Part shown: piece by piece, positions 25,747-38,095 of the stretch
Position numbering within the stretch: position 1 is the stretch's first letter
How the letters are laid out: each line of letters starts with the position of its first letter
NCBI GenBank assembly: GCA_024704765.1
Contig: JAKMXF010000041.1
Location: 1-64,000, forward strand
Length of the DNA: 64,000 bases
Reading direction: 5' to 3'
DNA from: Oopsacas minuta
Lineage: Eukaryota > Animalia > Porifera
Notes under the pieces: model-generated
What the model was told of the DNA's origin: nothing
What the model saw: only the letters and a program-made list of their open reading frames with translations
Database searches by the model: none
Position numbers and translations under genes: made by a program

Positions 25747-26994
25747 CAGGGTGGCTCATAAGTTCTGTGACATTTATGTTTACCCATTTATATATTCAAA
25801 ATGTACTATTCATGCTTGATGTTCTAATTAGACTAACACTATATGCTAATAATATGCTAGAAATGGCCACTATTCTATATACCCTCCCCTCTTCTCAATT
25901 ACAGCCTTTAATCTGCGAGGGAAGGCCTCAACCGCAGCACGCAGTGTTTCTTGAGGTATTTTAGCCTATTCTCTCCTCAACGACTCCTTAAGAGATTCTA
26001 CATTGGTGTGGGCCTTAGCACAAGCCTTTGTCTCCAAAATCGACCAGATAGAGTAATCCATTGGATTCAAATCGGGGCTGTATGGGCGCCATTCGTCTTT
26101 GGGAATAAAATCGGGAATATTCTCTTTTAACCATGCCTGAGTGACTTTGGGGGTGTGGGCAGGCGCACCGCCCTGTTGAAACAGAAATGACTCTCCAGAA
26201 ACATGGACTGTTAGATCTTTCAGTACAGGTTCTAATATCAGTTCGCGATATGAAATTGAATTAATTTTAGCCCCTGGTAGGACAAATATCAGGGATGTCC
26301 GACCAATTACCAAAATTCCAGCCCAAACCATGACAGATTGTGGTTTTTGAACTCGTCCGATGTAATACAGCTCGTCTGGGATTGCTTGAGAACTAGTTGC
26401 TATTATTCTGTCATTTTGAGCATTGTTAGCTTCCTCTATTGTAAATAATTTCTCGTCAGAAAAGAGAATGTTGTTTATCCCGTAAACAGCGTGCCGCTTT
26501 AGCAGACCCTTACTCCTAACCAGTCTCTTTCCCATGATCTTACTAGAAAGGAAGTGCACTGTCTTCCTTTTGAATGATCTCATTCCTAATTGATTTTTAA
26601 CGATTCTTTGGACAGATCGATGGGATATTTTGAGGACTGATGCCATTTTACGCATTGATCGTCGGGGATTTCTCCGAATTTGTTCCCGCACCGCCTTTCG
26701 CACCTTTGGAGTCACAACAGAACACGGACGACCAGTCCTCGCCCTATCTTCAACTTTCCCAGTCTCCAAATATCTCTTAATGGCCCTGTAATAAACATCC
26801 TTCTTCCTGGGCATTTTGAGCATTTTAGAAATTCCCTTGGTTTATGTCCCGCCTGAAATATATTAGGAAACTACTTATGAAATACTATTATTGAATATCT
26901 AGGAATGATATTCATTTGATAATACTATTATTGTAGCATTAGAAATGAAAATTTACGAATTCGAAAAATGTCACAGAACTTATGAGCCACCCTG
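25747..26994 (-). mobile_element. Second DD37D (maT) element, inactive
   Basis: TIR CAGGGTGGCTCATAAGTTCTGTGACATTT, TA TSD; ORF 25966-26823; second catalytic Asp is Gly (QQGGAPAH); premature stop near the C-terminus. Confidence 0.95.
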
Positions 26995-27529
26995 TATATA
27001 TTAAATACTTTTGTTTCGAAAGGAAACTTAGTAAAAACTAAGTCTTTACCTAATTTTAGCAATAGCAAAAGTTAAGTTAAGTAGTTTAGTTGATAGGGCC
27101 TCTCAGGCTTTAACTAGTCCTGGGGCAACAACTGATTCGGACCAGTTATGGCCGACTACAACTTGTCCTCCCNAAGTTGGAAATTTTGATGACAGAGCAT
27201 CCCCCCTCAGGTTGCGACTGAGGCTGAGAATGTGACAGATAGGACGTTTACTCTGTCAGATTGTAATGGACTGTTCATTGAGAGACATAAGTATATTGAG
27301 AGTGATCATCCTCCCATTTATCCCTGAGAACAGAAGCTGTACAGGAAGTTGTCTCTGATATCGTGTCAATTGTCTTACTGTGTGAATAGTGTTCACTCTT
27401 CTCAGAGGTAGCATCCTCATCCATAGGTCGAGACTCACTCAGTGTCAAGTTGATTATGTTAAAACGAGGAGGAGAGAGAGTGGGAGAGGAAGAGGGATAA
27501 ATTGGAGGATGATCACTCTCAATATACTT

Positions 27530-28862
27530 ATCTGGGGTGGGGAGAGCCTACTATAACAGACTGGAAGAACTCCCTCAGAGACGTATGTGTTGAAGAATTT
27601 TTAGTCAATCCTCAACCAATTGGAGGGCCTGGGCATATTGTAGAAATAGATGAATCAAAGTATGGACATCGAAAGTATTCAAGAGGTCGTATGCTATCAG
27701 GTCAATGTGTATTTGGAGGGATAGATAGAGAAACAAAGGATACCTTTATGACACCTGTTCAAGACAGGTCGGCTGCAACATTAATCCCTCTCATCCAGAG
27801 ATATATTCTTCCGGGCACTACCATACTTTCTGAGGAATGGGCTTCGTATAATTCTATCCCTGCTGCAAGTTTCAGCATCTCACCGTCAACCATAGTTTCA
27901 ATTTTGTTGACCCTACTACAGGCGTACATACACAAACAGCTGAGAGTATATGGGGTGGTGCGGAGAAACGGCTGAGGAATTGCATGACTACTAACCCCAT
28001 ACTTTTAGATACTCACTTATCTGAAGTTTGTTGGCAGAAAGAATATGGACGAGGTAGTTTCTCCAACCTTATCATGGAATAAGGAAACAATATCCAGTTG
28101 TCTAACAGTTTTGATAGTCATCAGTAACCTGTAATTAGTATCATACTTCTGCTTTGGTGTTTCTTTTGTAGCAGTACTTGTTATATTGTAGATTTGTAGT
28201 TAAAGTAGTAGATAGAAAGCTTAATACTAATTAGTTACTCCAATTATAACGACTACCCATAGTATTATATCCAGCCATGGGATGTAATATATATATAATA
28301 TTCTGTCCACTATTATAAGTAGAAATCCATGAAAACTTTGTTCCAACATTACTAAGGCACCTGGAGAGAAGCTGGATCAATAACTATGCGATTGAATAGT
28401 ACATGAATTGTTTCTATCATTGATACGAACACAAACGAAAGATCAAAATTGGTTTGCCAAGGCCGGAGTAATACAAATTGAACTACGATTAAAGGAAACA
28501 GAATATATGCAAATATTGCGTCATATCGGGAATTCCATTAACTAGGTTCGAATTATCGAGGTCCCACAGTAGAAAATATTCAATGCAATGTTGCACTGTA
28601 GAATATTTAGTGTTGCTGACAGCTATCTTGTGACCTGCTTTCCTTTTAAGTAACAAGAATAATTACCTGCAGTGAAATACACTGAATAGCAAACAAATGA
28701 GCATGAAAGAGTAGAGTAACACGCGTGTATAACCGCAATATCAACAGTATGCGCATTCCTATGGTAATTGTAATGTATAAATCAGTGAGTAACGCAATTC
28801 AAAGTTTATATTTTCCATTTTGGTAACTACATAGTCGTGTTATTGTTTGTTAGAGAAAATGC
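27530..28862 (+). repeat. 1.33-kb direct duplication of 55377-56707
   Basis: Colinear with few substitutions; covers the Merlin fragment and sequence up to GAGAAAATGC. Confidence 0.95.
27532..28080 (+). mobile_element. Merlin (ISXO2-like) transposase fragment, copy 1
   Basis: GGPGHIVEIDESK...VFGGIDRET...DRSAATLIPLIQRYILPGTTILS; then a frameshifted TVNHSFNFVDPTTGVHTQ. Confidence 0.9.
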
Positions 28863-29800
28863 GTTTTGGGGGTATCAGCATGTACTGGGAATTCTAAATT
28901 AATGTCAGATTATTTGCGTCCAGCTCCTCAAACTCCGAGGAAAATTGGTGATGAAGAATTCAAAGAATACATCGAGCACTTCAATAATGATTAATTGTTT
29001 TTATCTTTGTAAATTTACTTTTATTAGATATTTTTGCCAAATATGTACACCCCTACATACTACCCTCCTGTACACTACTGTACAACTCACTGTACTACTC
29101 CACAACCATTCCCTCTCTTCTGTCACTCCCTCCCTATTGCTCCTTACCACCAGACAGCTCCTCCTCCTCCTCCTCCTGTCCCTCTCAGCTACCCTANTTG
29201 TCTGTTGCTGCGTAGAATCATAATTGCTATTTTATGTAGGATTTTCCAAGAGATATTATAGTAATAATTAGACTGTCTGTTCTATCTCAAACGCGATTTG
29301 AATCTGTCTAAAAGTATTATTACAAGGCTTAGCTTTGCATAAATTATAATCCTGCTGGCATAATATACCTGCTACAGTCAAATCCCGTTATATCCAACTC
29401 AGATATATAAATTCAAAATTCGAAATATCTATGTATATCGAGTGTCCCGAATTCTACAATATGGCCCCAAACCGTAACATATTTTTTCATCGGTTATATC
29501 GTATGCCGAACATTATTTGCAATTCAAAAGCGATTTAATTCCATTCTAATAATAGAATAATAAATTATAATAAATTCAATACTTTTATAAAAATTAAAAT
29601 TTGCAGTTTAGAAATTGAGAGATGAGTGTTGTAATGTTGAAGCATTCGAGAAATACATTAAAGAAGAGTGACGAGTGTGACCCTTGGCATAGGCGTAGCG
29701 TAAGTATGGCAAGGTGGGGCATGTGCCCCACCACTTTTTATGCAACTAATCTAATGAGACTTTATATTTACAAATTAGTTTGGGCACGTAGTATTTCGCA

Positions 29801-32800
29801 ATGGCTGCTCAGATCGAGAAAGACTCGGAGACTGAGATAGCTAGGGACAGTGAAAGCGAAAAGAAGACTCAAAGTACAAATTTCAAACAGGCATCACTCT
29901 TTACATTGTGGGGGGGATCCGGAGAGATTCAGCTTCAAAGGACAGCGAGACAGCCAGTGCCGACTCGCAAGAACCCGTTGAAGGTATTGATTCACCAGGA
30001 CAGAACCAAAATTCCGATTCGAGCAAACAACTTGAACGTATCGTCAGTGATGGTCACAGTGGTGGAGAGTCAGACCCTCTAGATCCAGCCAATGGTCCAA
30101 TTGCTGCTAATCAATGGGAGGGGCCATATCAACCAAACGATGTGTGCTTCCCTAGCAGACAATTGGGAGAGAGTCTGCGAAGTTTCCGATCTGAGTGGTT
30201 TGTTGGTCGCCCTTGGTTAGAATACAGTGTAAAGCTTGACTCTGCCTTTTGCTTTCCATGTCGGCTGTTTGCTGCAAGTCACCCAGGGTGTGGAGAGCCA
30301 GCATTTACGCACACAGGGTTTCGCTTCTGGAAGAATGCAACTGAGAGATTCAGAAATCATAATGGTACAATTGTGCATCATTCTGCAATGACTGCCTGGA
30401 CTTTAGCCAAGACACAGAAAAACTCCATTGCTTCTCAGCTTAGTTTATCACACAAGGCACAGGTTGAGAAGAATCGTGCACACCTACGAACTATTTCTGA
30501 GACTATTCTTTTTCTTGGGAAGCAGAACATTCCATTACGGGGTCATGATGAGGCAGAGTCATCGATTAACCGTGGCAATTTTCTCGAAATTCTGGCATTA
30601 CGAGCTAAGGATAATAAAGACCTACTTGGTTCCCTTTTTTCGCACCGAATCAAATATACCAGTCCTCAGATTCAAAACGAACTGATTTCTATCATTGGGC
30701 GTTTGATTCAAGAACAAATTGTGAAAGAAGTACATGACAGCCAATACTTTGCAGTGATGGTCGATGAAACTATGGACATTGCCAAAATTGAACAGGCTGC
30801 CGTTTGCGTACGCTACCTTTCTATAAAAGGTAGCAACGCTATTATACAAGAACGTTTTTTGGGATTCTGGAAATGTGCCAGCACAACTGGTGAAGCATTG
30901 TATAATCTCCTGAAGTCTGTCTTATGTGAGCTAACTCTGTGCCTTCATAATGTGCGAGCTCAGTGTTACGATGGAGCAGCAAACATGCGAGGGAAATATT
31001 CTGGACTTGCTTCAAGGGTACAAGAGGAAGAACATCGAGCGTTATATATACACTGTCATGCTCACCAATTAAATCTTGTTCTTTGCGAAGCTTGCATGAA
31101 CATCAGAGAAGTCAGAAATGCCTTGGGTACTGTCTCCACACTATATAGTTTTATTGAGGGTTCTGCAAAGGGTCATCATCTGTTTCATGAAATACAAGAA
31201 AAGTTGGGAATTAGTCGATCAGTTACATTGAAAGCACTGTGCGAAACACGTTGGTCATGTCGTTACAGGGCTATACATGCAGTGAAGCTAACATACTCTG
31301 CCATTCTCCAATCTTTAGAAGACATTGCTGAGCATCATGCTGCCAAGTCAGGTGCTGATGCTGCATCTCTTTTGAGACACATTTCAAGCTTCGATTTCTT
31401 AATCATGATTGAGATTTTGGACTACCTATTTGCAATTACTGATTCCTTTTCTCGTGAACTGCAGTCTCAAAATCTTGACATATCTTCTTTACAAGGGAAA
31501 ATACAAAGTGTAATAGACTCTCTAACTTGTATCAGAAATGGGGACTTCTTCCACCATCTTTGGAGTAGTGCAGAAAAACTTGCTGAGGACCACCAACTAG
31601 ACCCACCATCAGAGCCTCGAAGGCGGAAAGTTCCCAGATGCTTTGACGATGGATCACAAAATCATGATTACTCGTCTGCTGAGGACCGTTATCGGACAGC
31701 TGTCTTCTATGCTACAATTGATATCCTCTTATCAGCCGCCGTATTCACTAAGCATACTTAGTACTTAAGTACTAAGTACGTACTTAAGTACTAAGCATGT
31801 ACTTAGTTAAGTACGTACTTAAGTCGTATTCACTAAGAGTTAAGTACGTACTTAAGTATGTACTTAACTAAGTATATACTTAAGTACCACTTATATTCAT
31901 GAATTTTCGAGTTTCTGATGGATTGCTTTACAGAATTACTTTCAATCATTCAGGAATATATTTTCAAAACTTTTCATGTTTTATGCATGATCTCATGATA
32001 ATATTGTGGTTTACGTTCATGAAATATTCCACAAATAATGTTGCAAGGAATGCTTCGAACGCTTATGATATAACATATGTGTTACTAAGGAATGCATTAC
32101 TTTGTACGTAATGTTAAATACTCTCATTCTGAATTATACATTCCAAGTTACACTAATGAATGTTTTGCTAAATCAATTTATGATCAAATATAATATATAA
32201 ATATTCAAGTATTTTAATATAAACAAATGGCACAGATGATTCCACTATTTCTCGCAGAAGAAGAAACCTCTTCCTCAATGGCACGTCAACGAGTTTTCAG
32301 GGATCTCAATGATCCCCTAGATTGTTATGATGATGTTGAACTTGTTCGACGTTTCCGCTTCTCTAGAGTTTCAATATCCAAAATTACAGAGTTGCTAGCT
32401 AACTATTTGAATTTCACCGAGCGTTCTTATGCTGCTTCCCCTCATTTGCAAGTTTGTGTGGCACTTCAATTTTTCGCTTCTGGAACGTTCCAGATAATTT
32501 GTGGAGATGGGATAAACGTAAGCCAAGCTTCTGCTTCTCGTTATATCCGAGATGTTTCTCTGGGTTTGCAAGCTATATACCATCAGTTTGTTAGTTTGCC
32601 TGCTGGTCTCAAGAGGGTAGAAGTCAAAAACAAGTTTTATGAGATTGCTCACTTTCCAGGCGTAGTAGGATTAGTTGACGGGACACATATACGAATCCAA
32701 AGACCCTCAGAAAATGAAGCAGATTATATAAATCGGCATTTTTACCACTCAATTAACGTCCAAGCTATTTGCCAACCTCCACTCCCCAATTTAACTACAA

Positions 32801-34893
32801 CTATGCACATAAGAGGACAAGGGTTATTGTTGAACAGACATTTGGGCGATGGAAAAGAAGATTCCACTGTCTTCATGGAGAGCTCAGGATGAGTCCTGAT
32901 AAAGTTTGTTCCATCATAGTTGCTTGTGCAGTATTGCATAACATAGCAATACTGTGGAAACAACCTCTCTTAGAGGATGAAGTCTCCGATGATTCCTATC
33001 CGGATGATGTTCTTGACTTTGAGGAAACTGTTGGACATTTGGCATCAAAGCATTACAGAGATCAATTTTCTATTCATAATTTTAGCAACTAAATTCACAT
33101 AACATATATGTTGTGGTGTGATATGTAAACATTTTGCACAGTAAGTGATTATAAGGTAATATGGATTTTTGTAGTTTTGAAACATCTAAGTAGGATGTTG
33201 GTCTTTGTAGTTCTGAAACATCTAAGTAGGGTGTTGGTCTTTGAAGTTGGGATATTTACTTGTGAGATGTATCAAGTATCGCACTTGAATTGGGAGCTAG
33301 TTGTTGCATTATGAAAACTATAAATTGGTGGAGGTTATTGATATTCCAAAGCAAGAGTATGGACAAAGTTCGCAAAGTAAATTGGACAAAGGAGGAGGAG
33401 TATACGCTCATTGAGGCAATCCAGGATGCTGGAGATATATTGAGGGGTACTGCTGGTCAGTGCGCGGAGATAAACAAAAAAAAGACGAGGCTTTGGAACA
33501 ATGTTATGCGGAAAATCAATTCCATCCATGGCAACAACCGAGATGTGAAAGATATAAAGAAGAAGTGGAACAATCTAAAAGGTTCCGCAAAAGCCCGTGT
33601 GGATTCCAGTCGAAGGGAAGCGAGGAGGACAGGAGGAGGGCCAAATGAAGCTGGTGAAGTGGAGGATGAAGACATCCGGATCCTAAGCTCTGATAGGGAA
33701 TTATCCACATCTGTGACGGAGAGAGTATCACAGATATTCTCAAGTACGCCAGCGTTCACTGGAATATGTGGTAGTGTTGATATGTTTCAGGCCCCAACAG
33801 CATTGCCTTCACACACCGAGATTAGCGAAAGCAGTGAAGTAACGCCAGTGTTTGAGGGACCAGAAGTTACTGTAGTTAATAGTCGTCCAGAGGGAAGGCG
33901 TAAGCGTAAGAGGAGCATCGAACAGTCAACATCGGTCTCTGATTTACTTCCTCTGCAACGAGAAGTGCTTCTTAAACAGATGGAAGTATTCTCGGCTCAA
34001 CTAGAGCTGATTGAAGAGCAGAGGGAGTATTACCGTTATAAAAAGCAGAGACTTTTAGAAAAAGATCAACAGCAGCAGCTTTAGATATACGATTTAGTAA
34101 TATTGTTACATCATAGAAAATCTAAATTTATAGTGAAAGTATGAATTAATCAAAGAAAACGAGTGAATGAAGTGATTACATCAATGTTATCTATAAATAT
34201 TATATGTTTGGAAACTTAAAATAGAGCTTGAATAACTTAAGCAACCTCGGTAGGTTACTTAACTTTTGTACTTAAGTACATACTTAAGTATGAGCTTAAA
34301 TCTTAGTGAATACCAATCTTAGTGAATACGGTTTAAGTATGTACTTAGTACTTAAGTACTAAGTACATACTTAAGTATGCTTAGTGAATACGGCCCCAGA
34401 ACTGAAAGAACGCTTTGCAGAGAATGATTATGAAATATTGCGTAATATTAATGAAGTGCTACTGAAATGGCAGCCAAATTCACACCTCATACAGAAATTG
34501 TCTGAGTTTTACGACTTTGATAGTCATCAACTGGAGTGTGAAATGAGAGTTTTCTATTCATACGTAAAAAATAATATTATTAAAGACACCCCGAGTGTTC
34601 TAGATCTGGCTCAGCTATTCGTGGATAAGAACCTGAATGTGATGTTTCCCCTAGTATGGAAACTGATCCTAATAGCTGCATGCATACCTGTATCCACAGC
34701 ATCTCCAGAGCGGTCATTTTCTGCATTGAGGAGACTAAAAACATACCTTCGGAGTACAATTGGGCAACAGCGATTGAGTGGATTGGCTTTAATGAACATT
34801 GAGGCTGAGGTAGCCAGAAGTTTGGAAACAGAACTTGACTTGATTGTGGACAAGTTTGCTTCTTCAAGTCAGCGGCGCTCTGAATTTTATTGA
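29801..34893 (+). CDS. Split hAT transposase (29801-31735 joined to 34400-34893)
   Basis: PWLEYS..AFCFPCRLF, LRGHDE, VMVDETMD, CYDGAANM, HCHAHQLNL, TRWS, STASPERSFSALRRLKTYLRST. One frameshift in the G7 run at 29910-29916. Confidence 0.9.
32227..33092 (+). pseudogene. HARBI1-like Harbinger transposase with internal deletion
   Basis: ALQFFASG.FQ, GLVDGTHIRI, HSINVQAIC, then an out-of-frame jump to YNYAHKRTRVIVEQTFG...ACAVLHN; the GSxHD/GDxGY segment is missing. Confidence 0.9.
33359..34084 (+). CDS. Harbinger Myb/SANT-like DNA-binding protein, 241 aa, intact
   Basis: RKVNWTKEEEYTL...W..V...IN...R....IKKKWNNLK...RRTGGGP; C-terminal coiled coil. Confidence 0.9.
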   Translation: MDKVRKVNWTKEEEYTLIEAIQDAGDILRGTAGQCAEINKKKTRLWNNVMRKINSIHGNNRDVKDIKKKWNNLKGSAKARVDSSRREARRTGGGPNEAGEVEDEDIRILSSDRELSTSVTERVSQIFSSTPAFTGICGSVDMFQAPTALPSHTEISESSEVTPVFEGPEVTVVNSRPEGRRKRKRSIEQSTSVSDLLPLQREVLLKQMEVFSAQLELIEEQREYYRYKKQRLLEKDQQQQL

Positions 34894-35066
34894 TATTGTT
34901 TTAGTACATAATTATATAGCATAGATTCATGTATACGATTAGTTGTGTTAATTAGAGTTTCGCAATGGAATATCCCTGAGCTTCCCTGTTTTGCGCGCGG
35001 GATGGGGAAACTCCCCTTGTATGTGCCCCACCACTCACTTGGTCCTAGCTACGCCTATGAGTCACT

Positions 35067-35353
35067 GTTACATTCCATTGGTCTGGGTGGTTACACTGGT
35101 AACATTGAGTCCAGAGGTCTCACACGGAGCTGTCCTATATTTTGATAACTCCTATGATTATCATACAATGGCTAATGATCTACAAATTCCTCAGAATGAT
35201 TCAGTTGCTTGGAAACTACTTAAGGCGTCACTTAATGATTTAATGTCTTAACAGGAATCTTCCAATTACTACAAGAAAGCAAAGAGGAAGAGCTTTGCTC
35301 TATTCTGGCGGAAGAGCGACGCAGTGAGTCCAAGAATGTCTTCAAGAGCCTGA
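35067..35353 (+). pseudogene. Liprin-alpha-like SAM3/C-terminal fragment, copy 1
   Basis: LGGYTGNIESRG..GAVLYFDNSYDY...QIPQN; paralog of the blocks at 40038-40955 and 43179-44080. Confidence 0.75.
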
Positions 35354-35644
35354 GAGTCCCGACTCCCATACTCCCTAGCCCTAGGAGGGACGATAAGACT
35401 ACGATAAGACTAACCCGGTCAAATTATATTGCTAGCTTTTGTATATATAAATGAAGTGATTTGTTGAATACTAATTTGGTAAATACAAACATTTTATTTG
35501 TATTTTTCCCTAAATTTCCTTTCTTAGTTTCCGTCTTTACAAATCGTGTATAGGTGAGAAAATGTGTAGCATTGTGGCGGACATCATTATTCAATTAATA
35601 CATATCCATGGTTCTTATAACTGGCATACAATAGATGCCCCTGG

Positions 35645-35880
35645 TACCTGTATCCACTGCTATCTGTATCCACTACTACCGGTTTCCACTGCTACCTGTA
35701 TCCACTACTACCAGTATCCACTGCTACCTGTCTCCACTGTTACCAGTGTCCACTGCTACCTGTATCCATTGTTACCTGTATCCACTCCTTCCTGTATCCA
35801 CTGCTACCTGTATCCTCTGCTACCTGTTTCTACTGTTACCTGTATCCACTCCTACCTGTATCCACTGTTGCCTGTATTAT
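35645..35880. repeat. Degenerate 16-bp minisatellite, second array at 44370-44620
   Basis: Unit ACCTGTATCCACTGCT, about 15 copies per array. Confidence 0.9.
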
Positions 35881-35974
35881 TCTCTCCAATGTTCAACAAG
35901 GTCAGAAGTGGCTGAGTCGCGAATGCTCGTTATAACATTTCAATTCCTATTTACACTCTTTCTTGTATTGTTAG

Positions 35975-36783
35975 TTGGTTGGAAGTATGGACGCTCATCC
36001 TAGTCGTTACAGTGCTTTAGTCCTTGTACAGCAACACAGACCAAAGATAATAACAGAGTTAGCTGCTATGGTCAGAGATCCATTGATTTAATTCTACAAA
36101 TTTGCCAGGTTTAAGCCTCAGAGGATTATATTCTATCGGGATGGAGTCAGTGAAGGACAATTTCAACAGGTCAGTACAGTCATGCTATGTTGTTATCGCA
36201 GTTTAACTATGAGAATATACTATATACAATAACAATGGAATATTTGATTTGACCCTAGGTCCCTGTCCCCCTTGTTAAAATCTCTGCAATACCTTTTGGG
36301 ATATCCAAATATGCAAACTAAGTATGTTCAGTATTCGATTCAATTACTTTTATATCTTACATTCTTATCAACCTCTATAATCATTTCCCGAAATTTCAAA
36401 AATTCTTCATGAATAGCATTTTGGGCGATTATTTGGGGAATCAGGTACGAAAATTGCAAATCTTTCCCAAATTTCTTGTAAATTGCAAGATTCTGAGAGG
36501 GTTGAAAGTATGATAGTTATGATGTAATGAGTCTATTTACGTCACAGGTATTGAATCAAGAATGGAGAGCAGTAAGAGAAGCTTGTAGTAAACTAGAAGC
36601 TGACTACAAGCCTGGAATTACATTCGTTACCGTGCAGAAGAGACACCACACCCATCTGTTCTGTTGAGAGAAGAAAGATCAATGTGGTAAATCTGGTAAC
36701 ATCCCAGCTGGTACTACAGTAGATGTAGGTATTACTCATCCAACAGAATTGATTTCTATCTGTGTAGTCATTCAGGTATTCAG
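35975..36783 (+). pseudogene. AGO: Argonaute (miRNA-class AGO) PIWI fragment, exons 35975-36169 and 36548-36783
   Basis: [13 protein letters not shown]...[13 protein letters not shown]|VL...[23 protein letters not shown]...[13 protein letters not shown]...CSHSGIQ|; in-frame TAA and TGA plus a frameshift. Confidence 0.95.
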
Positions 36784-37977
36784 GTATGTGTATAGGAAAG
36801 TAATATTAATTATTTATGGCATCTGTAGTTGTAATTTGTAGATTATAATTTGCTTCATTTATGGATACGCTAGCGTTATATGTAAATATTTGTAAGTTCT
36901 TATTTTTGGAACTATTTTACACAAATATTGGAATACGTTTATAAGTTTGTATTAAGTTATATGATTGGATTATATTTTAGCGATCTTATTGATTTTAATA
37001 GGTAAAAAATTCCTAATGCAGCGGGTCCGTGGATCATTTGGTGGTCCAGAGATGACAGCAGGGGGTCCACAGGATCTCAAAGGTTTCTGTGAAGAGGTCC
37101 ACAGCATGAGTTAAGATGGTATATGAGTCCACGGGTGAAAATGTTCAAGCTCTCTTTGAACTGCTATAAGCCTGTCAGCAGTCTTCTCACCAATCAAAGT
37201 AATAAATATGATTAGTAACTTTATCCATTCAAGTTTGAAACATTACAATTTTGAAACTCGAAATATTTCTTCCTTTATGCTCGGACATTTCGTCAATGCT
37301 CTTCAATTAGATATGCTCCCAAATCGTAATTCTATGTTTAATATGAAACTAACGGCAAGACGTACAAGTTCCAGTTTTCATCATGTGTGGGTAAATACAG
37401 GTATAAAAGAGGTGAAAAGAAAAATTGACACATTTAGAAGAGCCGATACCCTACATAGCCAATGGATAATATCAATTTTTCCAGACACTTCGCATATTCA
37501 CAATCTATGACAATTTCAATTTTTATACACCCATAAGTTTGGAAATTCTCATTTATAATTTATTAAAATTATCTAATTTTTATTCATTTCTATTTCTTCC
37601 TGATTTCTTCCCGAATTTCTATTGAATTATTGTCTTGTTTTCCTCAATAATTAGCACTTTTATTTATTTCATCTCTGATTCGGTATTCTACACCATTTCT
37701 TCTCTTCAAATGTCAACGTAAGTATAATTGTTATCATCCAAATAGAGTATTTGGCGCTGCTAAACTGAGTAAGGTTATTCTTATACAAATTTTGAATTTT
37801 CAAAGATATGTTTTATGGTTTGCTAGAATGTATGAATGTTGTATCTAGATTGATTCTACGAATATTATCATTCAATTGACTTGAAAAAGTATTTGTATTG
37901 TTTGAATTTTCAAAGTTTATAACTGACTCATTTCTTGTATGAGCTATGAAATCAGAATTCCTGTTGCTTTATGCTTG

Positions 37978-38009
<32 letters not shown>

Positions 38010-38095
38010 GAGTTACTATATTGGCTAGAAATAGTTTGATTGATAAAATGATTGCATAATTAGCTTATAGATACATTGTCACATATCTCTCTACA

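Larger units (their letters stand above)
31736..34396 (+). mobile_element. PIF/Harbinger transposon, 2661 bp
   Basis: TIR core GCCGTATTCACTAAGCATACTTA; CAG TSD (31733-35 and 34397-99); two genes; arrays of palindromic TACTTAAGTA at both ends. Confidence 0.95.
29688..35059 (+). mobile_element. hAT element (ZMYM1/TTF-zinc-finger type) carrying a nested Harbinger
   Basis: TIR CATAGGCGTAGC / GCTACGCCTATG with subterminal ATGTGCCCCACCA; no TSD found. Confidence 0.9.

Noticed and set aside
35562-36003. Cys/His-rich ORFs (CIHCYLYPLLP), also at 44301-44678
   Set aside because: Translations of a 16-bp minisatellite; the period is not a multiple of 3 and the same peptide appears in several frames.
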